Shown here piece by piece: positions 61,850 to 64,000 of a stretch of DNA of 64,000 nucleotides; position 1 is the stretch's first letter; each line of letters starts with the position of its first letter. The position numbers were made by a program, and so were the translations under genes. The notes beneath the pieces were generated by a model that was not told the origin of the DNA, ran no database searches, and saw nothing but the letters and a program-made list of their open reading frames with translations. The stretch lies in the NCBI RefSeq assembly GCF_001194135.2, contig NC_068981.1, forward strand, positions 77,991,850 to 78,055,849, written 5' to 3'. The stretch is from Octopus bimaculoides (Eukaryota).

Positions 61850-62812
61850 TGGTGGGATGGCAGAATCGTTACCACGCCAGACAAACTGCTTAGTGGCATT
61901 TTGTCTGTCTTTAAATTCTGAGCTCATATTTCAGTGAGCTTGTTTTTACCTTTTGTCCTTTTCAGGCACAATGAAATAAGTTCTAATTGAGCACTGAGGT
62001 CAATGTAATTGGCTCGCCCCTCCCACCAAATTTCAGGCCTTGTGTTCATACGAGAAACAATTACTTAAAAGAAATCATCATTATTATTACTACTAATATT
62101 ATTATTATTGGCAGCGAGCTGGCAGAATCATTAGAGCACCAGACAAAATGCTTATGAGTTCCAATTTCACCAAGGTTGACTTTGCCTTTCACCCTTTTGG
62201 GGTCAATAAATTATGTACCAGTGAAACACTTTCACCCTTTCGGGGTCAATAAATTAAGTACCAGTGAAACACTGGGGTCAATGTAATCGACTAGTCTCCA
62301 CTCCCAAAATTTCAGGCCTTGTGCCTTTAGTAGAAAGGATTATTCTTTTCTACTCTAGGCACAAGGCCCAAAATTTTTGGGGAGGGGCCCAGTCGATTGG
62401 ATCAACCCCAGTACGCAACTGGTTCTTACTTAATTTATCAACCCCGAAAGGACGAAAGGGGCAAAGTCAACCTCGGCAGAATTTGAAATCAGAACATAAA
62501 GACAGACGAAATACCACTAAGCATTTTGCCCACCATGCTAACATTTCTGCCAGCTCACCACCTTAATAGAAAGGATTATTATCATTATTATTTGCAGTGA
62601 GCTAGCAGAATTGTTAGCACATTGGACAAAATGCTTAGTGGCATTTCACCCCGTCACTACATTCTGAGTTCAAATTCTACCTAGGTCAACTTTGCCTTTC
62701 ATCCTTTCAGGGTCGATAAAATAAGTACCAGTTGAACACTGGGGTCGATGTAATCGACTTATCCGCTACCCCAAAATGACTGCCCTTGTGACAAAATTTG
62801 AAACCATGATTA
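61848..62812. mobile_element. Cluster of four family C SINEs (+, +, -, +)
   Basis: About 61848-62050 (+), 62110-62344 (+), 62345-62566 (-, 14-bp TSD) and 62594-62812 (+). Confidence 0.9.
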
Positions 62813-63073
62813 TTATTACTAGCTTTTGTCTTTTATTCCTCTTTGGTTCAATGAACTGAAGTGCCTGTAATATTTTGGAGTTTATTCTGCTGAACCTACA
62901 TTTTCTCTTACAAAATTTGTCCATCGTTTTTTTCAATAAATCTTTCTAAAACTGAACACAAACAAAAATAATAAGAGTTAGTGACATTTTCATTACTCTG
63001 ATTACTTATTGAAATTGTATATTTTTTCTCCACTGTTGACTGCTTATGTTTCTCATTGAGTGGTTTTCAACAG

Positions 63074-63162
63074 TGGATTTCTGCATCTCCATCATCACAC
63101 CAATAGTTAATGATATGGCCAACGATTTAATAACCAGCCAACATAATGATGCCTTAAGCTAA
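63074..63162 (+). other. Candidate terminal coding exon (phase 1: VDFCISIITPIVNDMANDLITSQHNDALS*)
   Basis: ggttttcaacAG acceptor; longest open frame is phase-compatible with the 58709 microexon; AATAAA motifs downstream. Confidence 0.25.
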
Positions 63163-63819
63163 ATGATTTGTTTATCATTTTCCTTTTTTTACCCATTCTG
63201 AAAAGCTGCTCTTTGTCACTCTTTCATTCCAATTTTTTTTAAACTTCTAATGAATTATAATTCATAACCAAGGTTAGAAAGTGGAGCAAAAATAAATAAT
63301 CTTTTACTCTATATTTTGGCTGTCTCAGCTTCAAAAATTGGTTTCTCTTCTCTATAATCTACTGCATGATTAAATAAGGTCTTTTCTAAAAAAAAACTAA
63401 GAAAACAAAAATTGTGATTTTTCAAAAATAAATGTAAACAGATAAAACCAAAATAAAATAAAATAAATGGTATTTTAACCATATTCCGTTGGTGAAAGTG
63501 TAGAAACATGTTTTATAAAGTATAAAAAAAAAAACTTTGGAGATTTTTAATGATCGATATTTGTATTTAAATGACTTGGTGAATACTGTATTAAATTTGA
63601 GAGTTCCAAGTTACCAAGTTCGAAACTTATCTACTTCCCTTTAATGGTTCACAGTTCCAAAGTTGTGTCAATATAAAATATTTTATGATTATAACCAATT
63701 AATGAGGTTGACCTGACAAATCAAATTAGAAAACATTTTGGTCACTGAAATGTGTTATCAACAATGCAATGGCCACTAAATAAAATACAGATTTCTCAAC
63801 ACAGATGAATCATATATAT

Positions 63820-63860
<41 letters not shown>

Positions 63861-64000
63861 CTCATTCAAAGTAACCCAGGCAGTAGAGTTCTGAGTAAAG
63901 TAAGTAGGCATAAGTGGGGGAATGGTGCTTGTATATTTTAGCAAGTTGTGTGTCGAGATGTGCAAATGTGGAAGTATAGTGGTGTAGTTTAGAGTATGTG

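Noticed and set aside
339-63509. Most ORF-track entries (HTHT, CVCV, YIYI, X-runs)
   Set aside because: Derived from dinucleotide repeats, N-gaps or antisense SINE sequence; no domain motifs

Overview
AT-rich, microsatellite- and repeat-dense animal genomic DNA with many scaffold N-gaps. The SINE, RTE and MITE families look like those of Octopus (my recognition, not a database result). No long intact ORF, rRNA, real tRNA or CRISPR array is present, and nearly all listed ORFs come from microsatellites, N-runs or chance. Content: (1) at least 3 tRNA-derived SINE families in about 35 copies, including head-to-tail arrays and a tail-to-tail inverted pair; (2) decayed RTE, Rex3/Expander-like, R4/Dong-like, L1/Tx1-like and Penelope (GIY-YIG) retroelement fragments; (3) a pogo transposase pseudogene plus Tc1/mariner, hAT, piggyBac and Merlin/MULE-type MITEs with readable TIRs and mostly readable TSDs; (4) a dispersed set of at least 7 minimal type-I hammerhead-ribozyme (HHR) motifs of Penelope-like type, two inside fold-back cassettes; (5) indirect evidence for a long, unidentified + strand host gene starting near 15.7-16.3 kb: an abrupt CpG-depletion boundary, splice donors, and a strong 24-nt microexon candidate with downstream TGCATG (Rbfox) motifs at 58.7 kb. 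Repeat boundaries were read by eye and are approximate (roughly +/-10-20 nt) unless TIR or TSD positions are given.
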